Source: Candidatus Sumerlaeaceae bacterium
Lineage (GTDB): Bacteria; Sumerlaeota; Sumerlaeia; Sumerlaeales; Sumerlaeaceae
DNA: 64,000 bases
Assembly (NCBI GenBank): GCA_051003195.1
Contig: JBPCLP010000033.1
Location: 1-64,000 of the forward strand
Reading direction: 5' to 3'
Position numbers and translations under genes: made by a program. Under the pieces are notes generated by a model that was not told the DNA's origin, searched no databases, and saw nothing but the letters and a program-made list of their open reading frames with translations. Of the stretch, positions 1 through 9,314 are shown piece after piece (the stretch's first letter is position 1; the number at the start of each line of letters is the position of its first letter).

Positions 1-90
1 CTGCGCCATCGACTGCCCCTGGTTGAGCATCGATTCCGCATCGCGCAACTTGCGGATTATTTCGTCCGGCTTGTGCTTCTTTCTCGCCAC
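1..90 (-). CDS. IS3-family transposase OrfA, N-terminal part (partial)
   Basis: GTG at 90; my translation is MARKKHKPDEIIRKLRDAESMLNQGQSMAQ, typical of an IS3 OrfA HTH N-terminus. Not in the ORF track. Confidence 0.8.
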   Translation of the reverse strand, partial: MARKKHKPDEIIRKLRDAESMLNQGQSMAQ

Positions 91-168
91 TTCTCGTCTC
101 CTTTGTTTGCTTTCCAGCAAACCCGGAAACTAACATTCAACGTGGATCAGTTTTCGGGGGGCATTCCA
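1..168 (-). mobile_element. IS3-family insertion sequence, left end (element continues beyond window start)
   Basis: Minus strand from 168 reads TGGAATGCCCCCCGAAAACTGATCCAC, an IS3-type TG-starting terminal inverted repeat. It is followed by an AAAGGAG RBS and an OrfA-like frame. Confidence 0.8.
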
Positions 169-184
169 AAGCTATTGAAACGCT

Positions 185-1030
185 ATGAAAAAAGATATAA
201 ATGCCAGGATGGGCCACAAGAAAAAGCCAAAGACAGGCTTCCCTGTAGGATGGGACGCTAAGCGTGTGCAGAAGGTAATCGACTATTACGAAAATCAATC
301 CGAGGAAGATGCACTAGCGGAGGATGAGGCAGCGAGAATACAGACCAAAGGAAGGAGAGGTGCGAAACCGGAACGATTGGCTGAGACACAGAAAACACAA
401 ATGCCGTCCACTTCCGCGATTGCACATATGGTCCACTGGATTCGCCACGAGAAAGTGATGCTCGATGAAGACCTGGCGCAGCTATACGGCGTCACAACCG
501 GCGCCTTAAACCAGGCGGTGAAGCGCAACCTCGACCGTTTCCCGGACGATTTCGTGTTCCAACTCACGGCCGAAGAATACCACGCTCTAAGGTCACAAAA
601 TGTGACCTTAGACATCGATGAAGAACTAGGTGGTTTGAAATCACAAATTGTGATATCAAACACGAAAGCCGCGCAAAATCAGTCATCAAAGCTATCACAG
701 AATGTGACATCATCGCGTGGAGGACGTAAACGGAGCCTTCCCTACGCCTTCACCGAGCAGGGCGTAGCCATGCTGTCCAGCGTGCTGCGCTCCCCGCGCG
801 CCGTCGAGGTTAACATCGCCATCATGCGCACCTTCGTTCAGCTTCGCCGCCTGATGGATTCAAACCGCGACCTGGAGCGCAAAATTGAAACCCTGGAGAA
901 AAAATACGACGAGCAGTTCGCAGCGATATTCCATGCGATCAAGCAGCTGATTCGGCGCGAACCAGAATCGCCGCCGCCCTCGCAGCCAAAACGCCGCATT
1001 GGGTACAAGACTGAGGAGTCAAAGCTGTGA
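185..1030 (+). CDS. ORF6N-domain DNA-binding protein with an extra N-terminal module
   Basis: VMLDEDLAQLYGVTTGALNQAVKRNLDRFPDDFVFQLT, LPYAFTEQGVAMLSSVLRS and C-terminal KRRIGY are ORF6N hallmarks. Confidence 0.88.
   Translation: MKKDINARMGHKKKPKTGFPVGWDAKRVQKVIDYYENQSEEDALAEDEAARIQTKGRRGAKPERLAETQKTQMPSTSAIAHMVHWIRHEKVMLDEDLAQLYGVTTGALNQAVKRNLDRFPDDFVFQLTAEEYHALRSQNVTLDIDEELGGLKSQIVISNTKAAQNQSSKLSQNVTSSRGGRKRSLPYAFTEQGVAMLSSVLRSPRAVEVNIAIMRTFVQLRRLMDSNRDLERKIETLEKKYDEQFAAIFHAIKQLIRREPESPPPSQPKRRIGYKTEESKL
586..707. repeat. Three intragenic palindromes with core TCACA-N3-TGTGA
   Basis: 586-612 TCTAAGGTCACA-AAA-TGTGACCTTAGA (perfect 12-bp arms); 633-661 (one mismatch); 695-707 (core only). 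Confidence 0.85.
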
Positions 1031-1097
1031 GCGCCGCGAATCCCCCAGAAAGCAAACCCGCCGGGAACGCCAAGCTCCAGCTTGGCGAAAAGTAGCA

Positions 1098-1313
1098 ATG
1101 CCACCCACCAAACCTCATCACGAACTCACCGACGCCGAACGCCGCGATCTCACCCAGCTCATCCAGCAGGGCAAGTACCTCCCTGAGAAGTACCGCTTCC
1201 TGCTGTTCGAAGACAAGCGCGAGGTCGAACTCGTCTGGAACGGCAAGACCCACGACATCTGCACCACCGTCCTCCCGTTCCGACGCTCGAACATATCGAC
1301 GAGCCCCGCCTGA
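1098..1313 (+). pseudogene. 5' fragment of a site-specific DNA methyltransferase (type III Mod-like), frameshifted and truncated
   Basis: LPEKYRFLLFEDKREVELVWNGKT...VLPF, then TLEHIDEPR in another frame (1-nt loss at about 1281-1282). No catalytic domain follows. Confidence 0.75.
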
Positions 1314-1315
1314 GC

Positions 1316-2056
1316 ATGTGCCGCAGGCAATTATTTAAGCAAACGTGCTGGATCGTTCTGGGTACATCCAGCGTTTTCGCATCTTTTTGTCACGCAGGCG
1401 AGCCGAGCAGCGATATGCCGACAACGATAACTCGGCTTCACCCGAAAGCGCAGCAATTCCGCGACCATCAATCCAGGGCAGACACGAACCGGGACGGATT
1501 TGTCACGCGGCAAGAACTTTGGGCCGAAATGTCGAAAGCCGAGCGTCCCCGCCAGCATTTGGAGCGTGTGTTACAACACATGATGGAATCCATCGATCTC
1601 GATGGAGACAGCAAACTGTCCCGTACGGAAATAGCCGATGGCGTTCTGCAGACGCATGATAAGGCCGTGACGGAAGAAAACGTTGCGCGTGCAAAAGAAC
1701 TCGCTGTGGCAATTGATGACTATCAAGATTCCCACGACGGCCAAATGCCAAAGTCATTGGAACAGCTTGTGAAGCTTGGAATGGCTGATCAGGTCGCGCT
1801 CTCTAGTACCCTCGCAGATGGCCAGCAGCATCCTTGGATTTATAAGCCAAATGCCAGTGGCAACGCAGTTGTCGTTATTTCTCCAGGTCGTGTAAATGCT
1901 CAGCACCAATACATCGTTGTCCTCGGAAACGGCAACGTGTTTGGCATTGAAGATGATTCGCAAGCTGCGCTGGATAAAATCGCGGGACCAATGAATTTGT
2001 TTCCGGTCGATCGTGGTGCAGACACTTCCGCTCCGCTGAAGAAAAGCAAACCGTAG
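1316..2056 (+). CDS. Exported EF-hand domain protein
   Basis: Signal-like N-terminus; EF loops DTNRDGFVTRQE and DLDGDSKLSRTE. Confidence 0.75.
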   Translation: MCRRQLFKQTCWIVLGTSSVFASFCHAGEPSSDMPTTITRLHPKAQQFRDHQSRADTNRDGFVTRQELWAEMSKAERPRQHLERVLQHMMESIDLDGDSKLSRTEIADGVLQTHDKAVTEENVARAKELAVAIDDYQDSHDGQMPKSLEQLVKLGMADQVALSSTLADGQQHPWIYKPNASGNAVVVISPGRVNAQHQYIVVLGNGNVFGIEDDSQAALDKIAGPMNLFPVDRGADTSAPLKKSKP

Positions 2057-2517
2057 TGGCCACGGCCGCGGATTTCACATTCTTAGAGTTCGCGGACGCT
2101 GAAGACGCCGAGCTGTCGGTGGTGCTTATTGGGACAACTCGGCCGGAACCGGAGCGGCACTGGGCGGCGGCGTATGATTTTGAGCTGCGGGTGAATGGCG
2201 AGCATGCGGGTTCGATTAACTTCCGCGCGCAGGATACGGAGAATCTACGCTTGTATGGCGGGCATTTTGCGTATGGTGTGGAGCCCGAGTTCCGTGGGCA
2301 TCATTACGCCGAGCGGGGTGTGCGGTTGTTGCTACCGTTCGCGCGGGCGCATGGGTACGCGGATGTGATCATCACGTGTAACCCCGACAATTGGGCTTCG
2401 CGGCGGACATGTGACCGGCTGGGGGCCGAGCTGCTGGAGATTGTGGCGCTGCCACCGGATAATGATATGTACCTGGAGGGGGAGCGGGAGAAGTGCAGGT
2501 ATCGAGTTGTGCTGTAG
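2056..2517 (+). CDS. GNAT family N-acetyltransferase
   Basis: GHFAYGVEPEFRGHHYA (acetyl-CoA motif A) and ITCNPDNWASRRTCDRLG. Confidence 0.88.
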   Translation: MATAADFTFLEFADAEDAELSVVLIGTTRPEPERHWAAAYDFELRVNGEHAGSINFRAQDTENLRLYGGHFAYGVEPEFRGHHYAERGVRLLLPFARAHGYADVIITCNPDNWASRRTCDRLGAELLEIVALPPDNDMYLEGEREKCRYRVVL

Positions 2518-2582
2518 TTTTTCCCACCCCGGATGAACGCGGATAAAGGGCACATGACGGTGGCCCAGCTCGGCATTGCCGG

Positions 2583-3080
2583 TTAGTTCCTATTGCCCGC
2601 CTCTGTAGCTAGTGTCTGAAACTCTTTCAAGAGAGCGGATTGATATGAGTTTAAAGTTTTTTTAAAGCAATCCAAAGGTATTACATACGTGGTTTCGAGT
2701 GGCGGATGGCAACAAGTGGTGATACGGCTGTCGCCAGTTTCGACGAGAGACGCACCACCAGTTTCTTCTTCAACGAACATAAACCCAGAAAATTGCACAT
2801 CATCATGATCAAACTGAAGCGACAATGTCGCAGAGCTTTGCACAGTAAATTTGCCAAGTTTGCGGGAATTGTAATATCCATCTGCAGCTTTGTTTAACAA
2901 GGGCAGGAGGCAGAACTTGCCTTGCGCGTTTCTGCCTATAGGCGTAACCGCGACTGGTGCAGCGCAAGCATTCACGATGGTTAAGTCAGCCGCAAAGGGC
3001 AGAAATGCCTTTTGGCGACACCCAGCAATCGACAGGGTTGCAATTATTGCGATTAAACCCTGCTTGATAAATAGGCCCAC
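2583..3080 (-). CDS. Hypothetical lipoprotein
   Basis: Hydrophobic N-terminus ending LSIAGC (lipobox-like); visibly more AT-rich than its neighbours. Confidence 0.55.
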   Translation of the reverse strand: MGLFIKQGLIAIIATLSIAGCRQKAFLPFAADLTIVNACAAPVAVTPIGRNAQGKFCLLPLLNKAADGYYNSRKLGKFTVQSSATLSLQFDHDDVQFSGFMFVEEETGGASLVETGDSRITTCCHPPLETTYVIPLDCFKKTLNSYQSALLKEFQTLATEAGNRN

Positions 3081-3749
3081 TCGGAGACCATCCCTTTGCC
3101 TCGCATATCCTTTACAGCCACCATTACATTCGGCGCTATTTGATGCATCATATCCTCGGACGGTGGTAGGACTCGTAACTTATTAACTAAATAGTGCAGA
3201 TATAGTACGGACTACGCTAGCTTGCTAAAAGAGGTACTAAAGTACGCGCACTCCAAAAGCGCTGCGCGCTATGGTTTGTTTACAACGGCCGGGTGACAGG
3301 TTATGAATTGATTTCTCAGAAGCGTGAGTTTCGCAGTGCTGGCTTATGGTAGATTTGCAGGAGCTGTTGTGAATGCAAAGCAATTGCGCCGACGCGGCCA
3401 ACCCTACCCTCAGCTTCCTTGTTTCAGCGAACGTGAAGCACCAGTACTTTAAGTAGCCAGAAGGGTCTGCAAGTGCCCGTGCGGGAATAGCAATCCCCCA
3501 ACCGACCGTGCTACGTTGTGCCCATGATGACCAATCCATCCCGCGACCGGCGCCCTCCGACCCACACATCATTCCAGCGTATTCCTGTGCATGCGTGGTC
3601 AAGTATCATTGCCGTACCCGACCCCAAAACCAGGAGATATCCACAGCCCGCGCCTGCACAAAATTCCAGACGACTGCACGCAGCCCAATTTCAGACGTTG
3701 CTTTGCACGCCTTTGCCGGCACTGGGTTTACCAGCCCCTTCGACCGAAA

Positions 3750-3853
3750 AGTTCAAGAGCACAAATTCATTTTGTGCGCTTGAACTCCAAATCCAACAAA
3801 CTCAACCCTTCAACCCCTGCACAAAATACGACGAATTTGTGCGCTTGAACTCC
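3750..3853. repeat. Non-coding inverted plus direct repeat cluster
   Basis: AGTTCAAGAGCACAAA (3750-3765) is inverted to TTTGTGCGCTTGAACT (3771-3786). TTTGTGCGCTTGAACTCC recurs at 3836-3853. Confidence 0.75.
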
Positions 3854-3954
3854 GCAAAAGCGCACCGTTTTCCACAGGTCTTTTTCACAAGAACGCGCTT
3901 GATTTCACAGTGCGGCCGCGCAGCAGGCTTTCACGCCACACGGAAAGACTAAAA

Positions 3955-5823
3955 ATGAACCGTACCCAAAATCTTAAAGCGAGTTTGCTGCTCATGAGTT
4001 TAGTCGCGTCACTACCAGGTTCTGCCGGCGCAGCTACGTCTGCGCTCAGGCTGGAAACATCTGCACCGCTCGGCATCAGCTTTCTAAGCTGGGACATCGC
4101 CGGGGCCGGCCATGAAAAAACCAACCTGCTGCGTCGCGGCGTAGCTGTGCATGCGATCACGGATTCCGGAACGTCGGTTCCCCTCGTTGCCGACACACAA
4201 AAGTCTGCCGGGCCGTGCTGGTCCGTCACCCGTTCCGACGCAGGCGAAATTCAGATAAAGCTGAAGGCGGCGCCGGGGGACAAGCTGCGGCTGACCTTTC
4301 CTTTCGACCCGCGCGTTACGCCAACCACCTTGATCGCATCTTCGATTCTGCCCGACCGCTCGCTCCTGCTGCCCGGCATCGTCAGCGCGCCCGATTTCGG
4401 ATCGATGCTGCTCTCCAGCGACAGCAGCAGCTCGATCACCGCCATGCTGACCGGCGACCGCGAAAAGGGGATTGTCGATCTGACGATTACTCTCGTGCTC
4501 AGCTCGAGCGGTGAAGTTGAACTTTCGATGCGCCCCTTGCAGTTGCCGGCCCCCGAGGGTCTCGCGGCCGACGATCCGTTCTGGAAGCTGGCAAGCCGCA
4601 GTTGGCTCAACGTCATCCAGCCGACCGCCCGGTGGGGTGATCCCGTCGGTCGGTTCGGCGCACCTGCGGGTGTGCTTGGCAATAACGTGGTCAGCGACCC
4701 CGTCAGCTTTGCCCTGTGGACTTATGCCGACGCCGCATTCTGGCTGCCCGAGCCCGCGCCGCAGATCAAACTCATGTCGCACGTTCGCGATACGCTGGAT
4801 TGGTGGCTCGACGAGAAGACCAGCACCACGGGCGAATGCATCGGCTATTGGGACCACTACCACTTCATGGATTCCAATCCCGGCTTGCTCATTTCCGCGT
4901 GGGATTACGTCGAAAGTACCGGCGACCAGGGATGGCTCCAGCGGCGCATCGCCAAACTCGAGCACCTGAGTGCCTTCCTGGAGAGTCGTGACATCGACCA
5001 CGATGGCCTGGTGGAGGCGACTCAATCGGGCAACCGCGGCACCCTGCACGAGCCGCACCGCTCATCGTGCTGGTGGGATGCGATTAACTGCGGCCACAAG
5101 GACGGATACTCGAATGCGCTCGTCTACCGCGCGTGGCGCTGCCTTGCCGACCTGGAGTCAAAGCTCGGCAAAAACGAACAGGCAGCCAGGTACACCGCGC
5201 TCGCCGACAAACTGAAGGCTGCCTACTTCCCGGCCCTGTACAATCCCGAGACCGGCTGGCTGGGTTGGTGGCGCAGCGCCGACGGCGAGCTGCACGATTA
5301 CGCAACCCCGATTGTGAACGGGCTCGCCATCGAGTACGGGCTGGTGCCCGCCGACAAGGCGAAGGATATTCTCGCGCGCCTTCGCAAAAAATCCGAGGAC
5401 GCCGGGTTCAAGCGCCACGATCTCGGCATTCCCTCTTTCCTCTCACCCGTACGACGCAGCGATTACCTGCTGCCCAACGGCCTCGGTTGTCCGACCCGCG
5501 AGGACGGAACCGATAGCTTCGGCAAATACATGAACGGCGGCATCTCCGCGGGGCACTCGCTGCACTGGCTGGCTGCGCACTACCTCGTGGACGAAAACGC
5601 GTACGCGGATAAGTTTTTCATGCGCATGCTCGAACATGGCGCATTTCAGAACGGCGTCACCAACCAGGCCCCGAAGGGAATCGACTGGACCGACTGGAAC
5701 GGAAACCCGACCGGCTACGAAGGGTTCCTTTCGGATAACTACCGCTTTCTGCAGGCCGTCGCCATCCGAAACCCCGCCCTGCGCAAACGCTTGTACCGGC
5801 CGCTGCTCAGCGAAAAACTCTAG
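3955..5823 (+). CDS. Secreted glycoside hydrolase, (alpha/alpha)6-barrel (GH78/GH63/GH116-like)
   Basis: Signal peptide; AWDYVESTGDQGWL, DIDHDGLVE, WWDAIN, YSNALVYRAW and YMNGG six-hairpin glycosidase motifs. Confidence 0.75.
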   Translation: MNRTQNLKASLLLMSLVASLPGSAGAATSALRLETSAPLGISFLSWDIAGAGHEKTNLLRRGVAVHAITDSGTSVPLVADTQKSAGPCWSVTRSDAGEIQIKLKAAPGDKLRLTFPFDPRVTPTTLIASSILPDRSLLLPGIVSAPDFGSMLLSSDSSSSITAMLTGDREKGIVDLTITLVLSSSGEVELSMRPLQLPAPEGLAADDPFWKLASRSWLNVIQPTARWGDPVGRFGAPAGVLGNNVVSDPVSFALWTYADAAFWLPEPAPQIKLMSHVRDTLDWWLDEKTSTTGECIGYWDHYHFMDSNPGLLISAWDYVESTGDQGWLQRRIAKLEHLSAFLESRDIDHDGLVEATQSGNRGTLHEPHRSSCWWDAINCGHKDGYSNALVYRAWRCLADLESKLGKNEQAARYTALADKLKAAYFPALYNPETGWLGWWRSADGELHDYATPIVNGLAIEYGLVPADKAKDILARLRKKSEDAGFKRHDLGIPSFLSPVRRSDYLLPNGLGCPTREDGTDSFGKYMNGGISAGHSLHWLAAHYLVDENAYADKFFMRMLEHGAFQNGVTNQAPKGIDWTDWNGNPTGYEGFLSDNYRFLQAVAIRNPALRKRLYRPLLSEKL

Positions 5824-5839
5824 AGGGGGTCCCAATCGA

Positions 5840-7498
5840 TTATAGTCCCTGGTTCCAGAACACATACAGCCCCTGTTTGCCGGGCGCGATGATGTCCTTC
5901 CAGCCGTTGCCGTCGACATCCTCAACCCACAGGTAAATGCCTGATCCCGCGGTGTGCGTGGCAGGACCATAATCGATGGCAACACGCTCGAACCGCCCGC
6001 CGCTCATCGTGTAATAATAAACACCGATCGGGTCCGCTGCGCCGGGATCGTTGCCGTTGTGCGCCCGCCAGCGCTTGCCGGTGATAAGCTCCGGGCTGCC
6101 GTCGTTATCGAGGTCCGCAAGCTGGATCTCATGGAACTGCGAGCGGTCAGGCTCCAACTGGTGACGAATCCAGCGGGCCGCCGCCGACCCGGTCGTCTGT
6201 TCCAGCCACTCAAGGCCGTAGTTGTGTCCCTGCCCCACAAGGATGTCGTTCCGTCCGTCGCGGTTCACATCGTGCACAAGTATCGGCACGCTTGCAGCAC
6301 CCAGGCTGAAATCGTGGTGGAACTTCCACTCACCGGCATCGAGTAGCTTTTCCGGAGCCTTGTACCAGCCATCGGGACCAAGGAACTCCCCTCGGCCATC
6401 GCCGTCCAGGTCACCAAAGCCCAGGCCATGCCCGACACCGCCGGTGCGCACCGTGTGGCTGGTGAACTCGCCGACGCTGCCGGGCTTCAGGCGAAAGCAG
6501 ACAATGTTGCCCCCGGCGTTGGGACAGGCCTCTGGAATCCCGTCGCCGTCCACGTCCCAGAAGCGCGTGGTCTCGATGGACCCCACGTGCGCGATCTTGT
6601 GCTCGGTCCATTCGGTCGACTGGCCCTTTGGGTTTTCACGCCAGCGCAGTGGGCCGCCAAAGAACCCGCCGGTGATGACGTCTTTGTAGCCGTCGCCGTT
6701 CACATCGATCGGGTAGTCGGAAAAGTCGTCGTAGTATTCGCCAGAGGGCTTCACGTAGCAGATTTTGTGAGCCCGTTGAAAGTCCGGACCGGGGTACCAG
6801 AACCCGCCGGACACCACGTCGGTCGTGCCGTCGTTGTTCACATCGAATGCCGAGGCAGCTTCGAAGCTGGCCTCGCTGAGCTTCTGTCGCTGGAAGCGCA
6901 GGTAGCCACCGCGTTTGCGCGGCGCTTCCGGTGTTCCAACCGGGTGCACGTCAGCGAAGTCGCGGCGCGCAGTCAGCGAGGCGGAGACCTGCGGCTGATC
7001 GGCAGCCGCAACCGAGGGATGCATCTCGAGAAGCCGGCGCGTGACGTCCCGGCCATTGAGTTCGCGCAACACCGACAGGATTTGCGCGCGGGCAGGTGGT
7101 GGCGCAGACGGAAGGCGCTTCAGCAGCGGTTCGACGCAGGCTGCATCGCCCGAAACGCGCAAAGTTTCGACGACCTTGGCGACGAGGTTGGGTTCAAGGT
7201 TCGTGTCTTGCAGCAGCGTGAGGAGGATGTCGTTGGCCGCCTGCCAGTTGCCGCCGGATTCCCCGATCTTCAATGCGAAGGCATACCGGGCACGCAGAAC
7301 CTGCGAGCGGTCCTCGCCCGCACTTTGCGCCGATGCCCTCTCGAGCAGTTCGGCCATCGTTGGATCGGCGACCGCCGCAGCTTTTGCGATCTGCCCAGTT
7401 GATAAACTCAGCACTGTGCTGGTGTCGCCGGCTATGCAGCCCGCGGCGCCACAAAGATAGAGCGCGACGATTGCAGGAGCTTTGAAAGTGATTCGCAT
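5840..7498 (-). CDS. Exported HEAT-repeat plus FG-GAP/VCBS beta-propeller protein
   Basis: Repeated DVNNDG/DVNGDG/DVDGDG/DLDGDG motifs; helical HEAT-like N-terminal part; signal peptide from MRITFK. Confidence 0.8.
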   Translation of the reverse strand: MRITFKAPAIVALYLCGAAGCIAGDTSTVLSLSTGQIAKAAAVADPTMAELLERASAQSAGEDRSQVLRARYAFALKIGESGGNWQAANDILLTLLQDTNLEPNLVAKVVETLRVSGDAACVEPLLKRLPSAPPPARAQILSVLRELNGRDVTRRLLEMHPSVAAADQPQVSASLTARRDFADVHPVGTPEAPRKRGGYLRFQRQKLSEASFEAASAFDVNNDGTTDVVSGGFWYPGPDFQRAHKICYVKPSGEYYDDFSDYPIDVNGDGYKDVITGGFFGGPLRWRENPKGQSTEWTEHKIAHVGSIETTRFWDVDGDGIPEACPNAGGNIVCFRLKPGSVGEFTSHTVRTGGVGHGLGFGDLDGDGRGEFLGPDGWYKAPEKLLDAGEWKFHHDFSLGAASVPILVHDVNRDGRNDILVGQGHNYGLEWLEQTTGSAAARWIRHQLEPDRSQFHEIQLADLDNDGSPELITGKRWRAHNGNDPGAADPIGVYYYTMSGGRFERVAIDYGPATHTAGSGIYLWVEDVDGNGWKDIIAPGKQGLYVFWNQGL

Positions 7499-7531
7499 CG
7501 GAGCTGAAAACTTCCGCAGCGGGCGGCTACA

Positions 7532-7620
7532 GTGTTCTATCATTAATTCGGATTCGGTTCTGTGTGCCGAACGAGCGCAGAATCACATCGATGTGGATAC
7601 GAACTTCTGGTTCGGCACAC
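7532..7620. repeat. Miniature inverted-repeat element, copy 1
   Basis: GTGTT...TTAATTCGGATTCGGTTCTGTGTGCCGAA...TTCGGCACAC-TA; homologous to the 58033 copies. Confidence 0.8.
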
Positions 7621-9128
7621 TAGGTGTCAGTCGCGCGGCTGTGAATGCTTTCGGCCCTGTAACCTCCAGCGGCACGATCGCGCGCGTACAGGAATCCGAA
7701 GATGACGACGAGGATGGCGGCAAAGGGTGCGAGGAACCGGAACGACATGCGTCCCCCGTAGTTGTCGGCCGGGTCGAGCAGTGCCTTGCCTTCCTTGATC
7801 GCGGGTGTATCCAAATCCGTTTTGAGGGAGGTGCGAAGTGCGTTTGCGGTCTCGGGCTGCGCGACTGTCGTTGAGCCGGGCGGGGTTTTGGCCACTGCAC
7901 TCTGGATCGCATCGAGCGCGCCGTGAATGTCTGCCGACTGCTTGGCAGTAGCCTTCACCTCAGCTCCCGCAAGCTCACCCTTGATCCGGGTTAGCACCGA
8001 TAGTGTCTGTTCCACGGGCAGCTTCGTCGCCAGGTGCTTGTCGGCGATGCTTCCCATCCATGGGGTGGTGATCATACCAACGGCCAGCATTCCAATGCCG
8101 CCCATCAGTGCCAGCGCAAGAGATCCACCTCGCGGCACTCGCTCCGAAACGACGCCGAGCATTGTCGGCCAGAAGTAGCACACGCCCAGCGCGAATACGG
8201 TGGCGGCGGCAAACGCCATCTGCACGGTTTCGGCATAGCTCAACCAGATAAGCCCTAAGCCGGTCAAGACCGCCGAAACTGTCAGCAGCCCTGTGGGCGA
8301 GAGACGATGAACAATGGGCCCTGCAAAAAAGCGCAGCACTGCCATGATTCCTGAGATCCAGACAAGGACGAGAATGCCGTGAATCCCGCCGGCTTGAAGG
8401 ATTGAGGGTATCCACCTGTTTGGCCCGAGTTCCAACGAAGCTGTAATCATCATACAGAACAGGAGGACCAGGAACAGCGGCCGCAGGAATGTTGAACGGC
8501 ACATGTCGGCGAAGCTGACGCCAGACTGTACGCGTTCGGTGGCCGGCACGGACTGTCCGATGAACAGAGCGCCATAGACGAGAGTCGGAAGCACGACCAG
8601 TCCCAACTTCGGCTGCCAGCCCATTCCGATCTTCGAAAGCAGGAAGCAGGCGAGTCCGCCAATGACGATACCGCCCGGAAACCACACGTGGAATTGGTTT
8701 AGCTTTTCGGTTTTGCGATCTGGATAAATTGTGGCAACGAGCGGGTTGCAGACCGCCTCAACAGTGCCATTGCCCATGCTGAGAATCAACGCGCCAAAAA
8801 ACAGCGACCAGAACCCCTGTGCAAAAATCATGGTTACTGCACCGGCGAGATGACAGATGAAGGCGAACCATACCAGTCTCCGCATTCCCAGTGCATCGCA
8901 CAATGGGCCAAGGGCGAAAATCGACAGCGTAAAACCCCACGTGCCGGCGCCTGCTATGAATCCAACATCCCTGTTGTTTAGCCCGAAATGGGATTTCAGC
9001 GCCCCCATGATATCGCCGATGACGGCGAACGATACAGCCGTGGCGATCAGTGCAATGCAGCTGGCGAGAAACAGCCGGTCGGGGTTTATCCCGCCCGCGG
9101 TTTGAGAAGTGGCCGTGGCTGACGACAT
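7620..9128 (-). CDS. MFS sugar transporter
   Basis: About 12 TM segments; GPLCDALGMRR motif A; LNQFHVWFPGGIVIG; GGAG RBS before ATG 9128. Confidence 0.9.
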   Translation of the reverse strand: MSSATATSQTAGGINPDRLFLASCIALIATAVSFAVIGDIMGALKSHFGLNNRDVGFIAGAGTWGFTLSIFALGPLCDALGMRRLVWFAFICHLAGAVTMIFAQGFWSLFFGALILSMGNGTVEAVCNPLVATIYPDRKTEKLNQFHVWFPGGIVIGGLACFLLSKIGMGWQPKLGLVVLPTLVYGALFIGQSVPATERVQSGVSFADMCRSTFLRPLFLVLLFCMMITASLELGPNRWIPSILQAGGIHGILVLVWISGIMAVLRFFAGPIVHRLSPTGLLTVSAVLTGLGLIWLSYAETVQMAFAAATVFALGVCYFWPTMLGVVSERVPRGGSLALALMGGIGMLAVGMITTPWMGSIADKHLATKLPVEQTLSVLTRIKGELAGAEVKATAKQSADIHGALDAIQSAVAKTPPGSTTVAQPETANALRTSLKTDLDTPAIKEGKALLDPADNYGGRMSFRFLAPFAAILVVIFGFLYARDRAAGGYRAESIHSRATDT

Positions 9129-9314
9129 GAGTGCTCCCGTTTTATGAGTGGCAGAACGATACATCCGGTACAGATGGTACGCTAGAGTGGCACCATCTCA
9201 GGCTGGGAGCGAATATCGGTTGTCAACTACCGAACATGGTTATCAGTGCGTTTCCATGAGGCCGGTCGACATAGCGTGAATTTACGTTTACATAACTCGC
9301 CGTGGGTTAAAGCA

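Noticed and set aside
1316..3080. Possible integron cassette array (GNAT and hypothetical genes)
   Set aside because: No attC pattern (RYYYAAC...GTTRRRY) seen; genes overlap or converge.
3237..3602. DPSG motif suggesting an Rhs toxin tip upstream of an immunity-like lipoprotein
   Set aside because: No YxYxxNNP core motif and no convincing toxin domain; evidence is too weak.
9219..9310. GTCAACTACC resembling an IS200/IS605 or IscB element end
   Set aside because: The characteristic following hairpin and any tnpB/iscB gene are absent.
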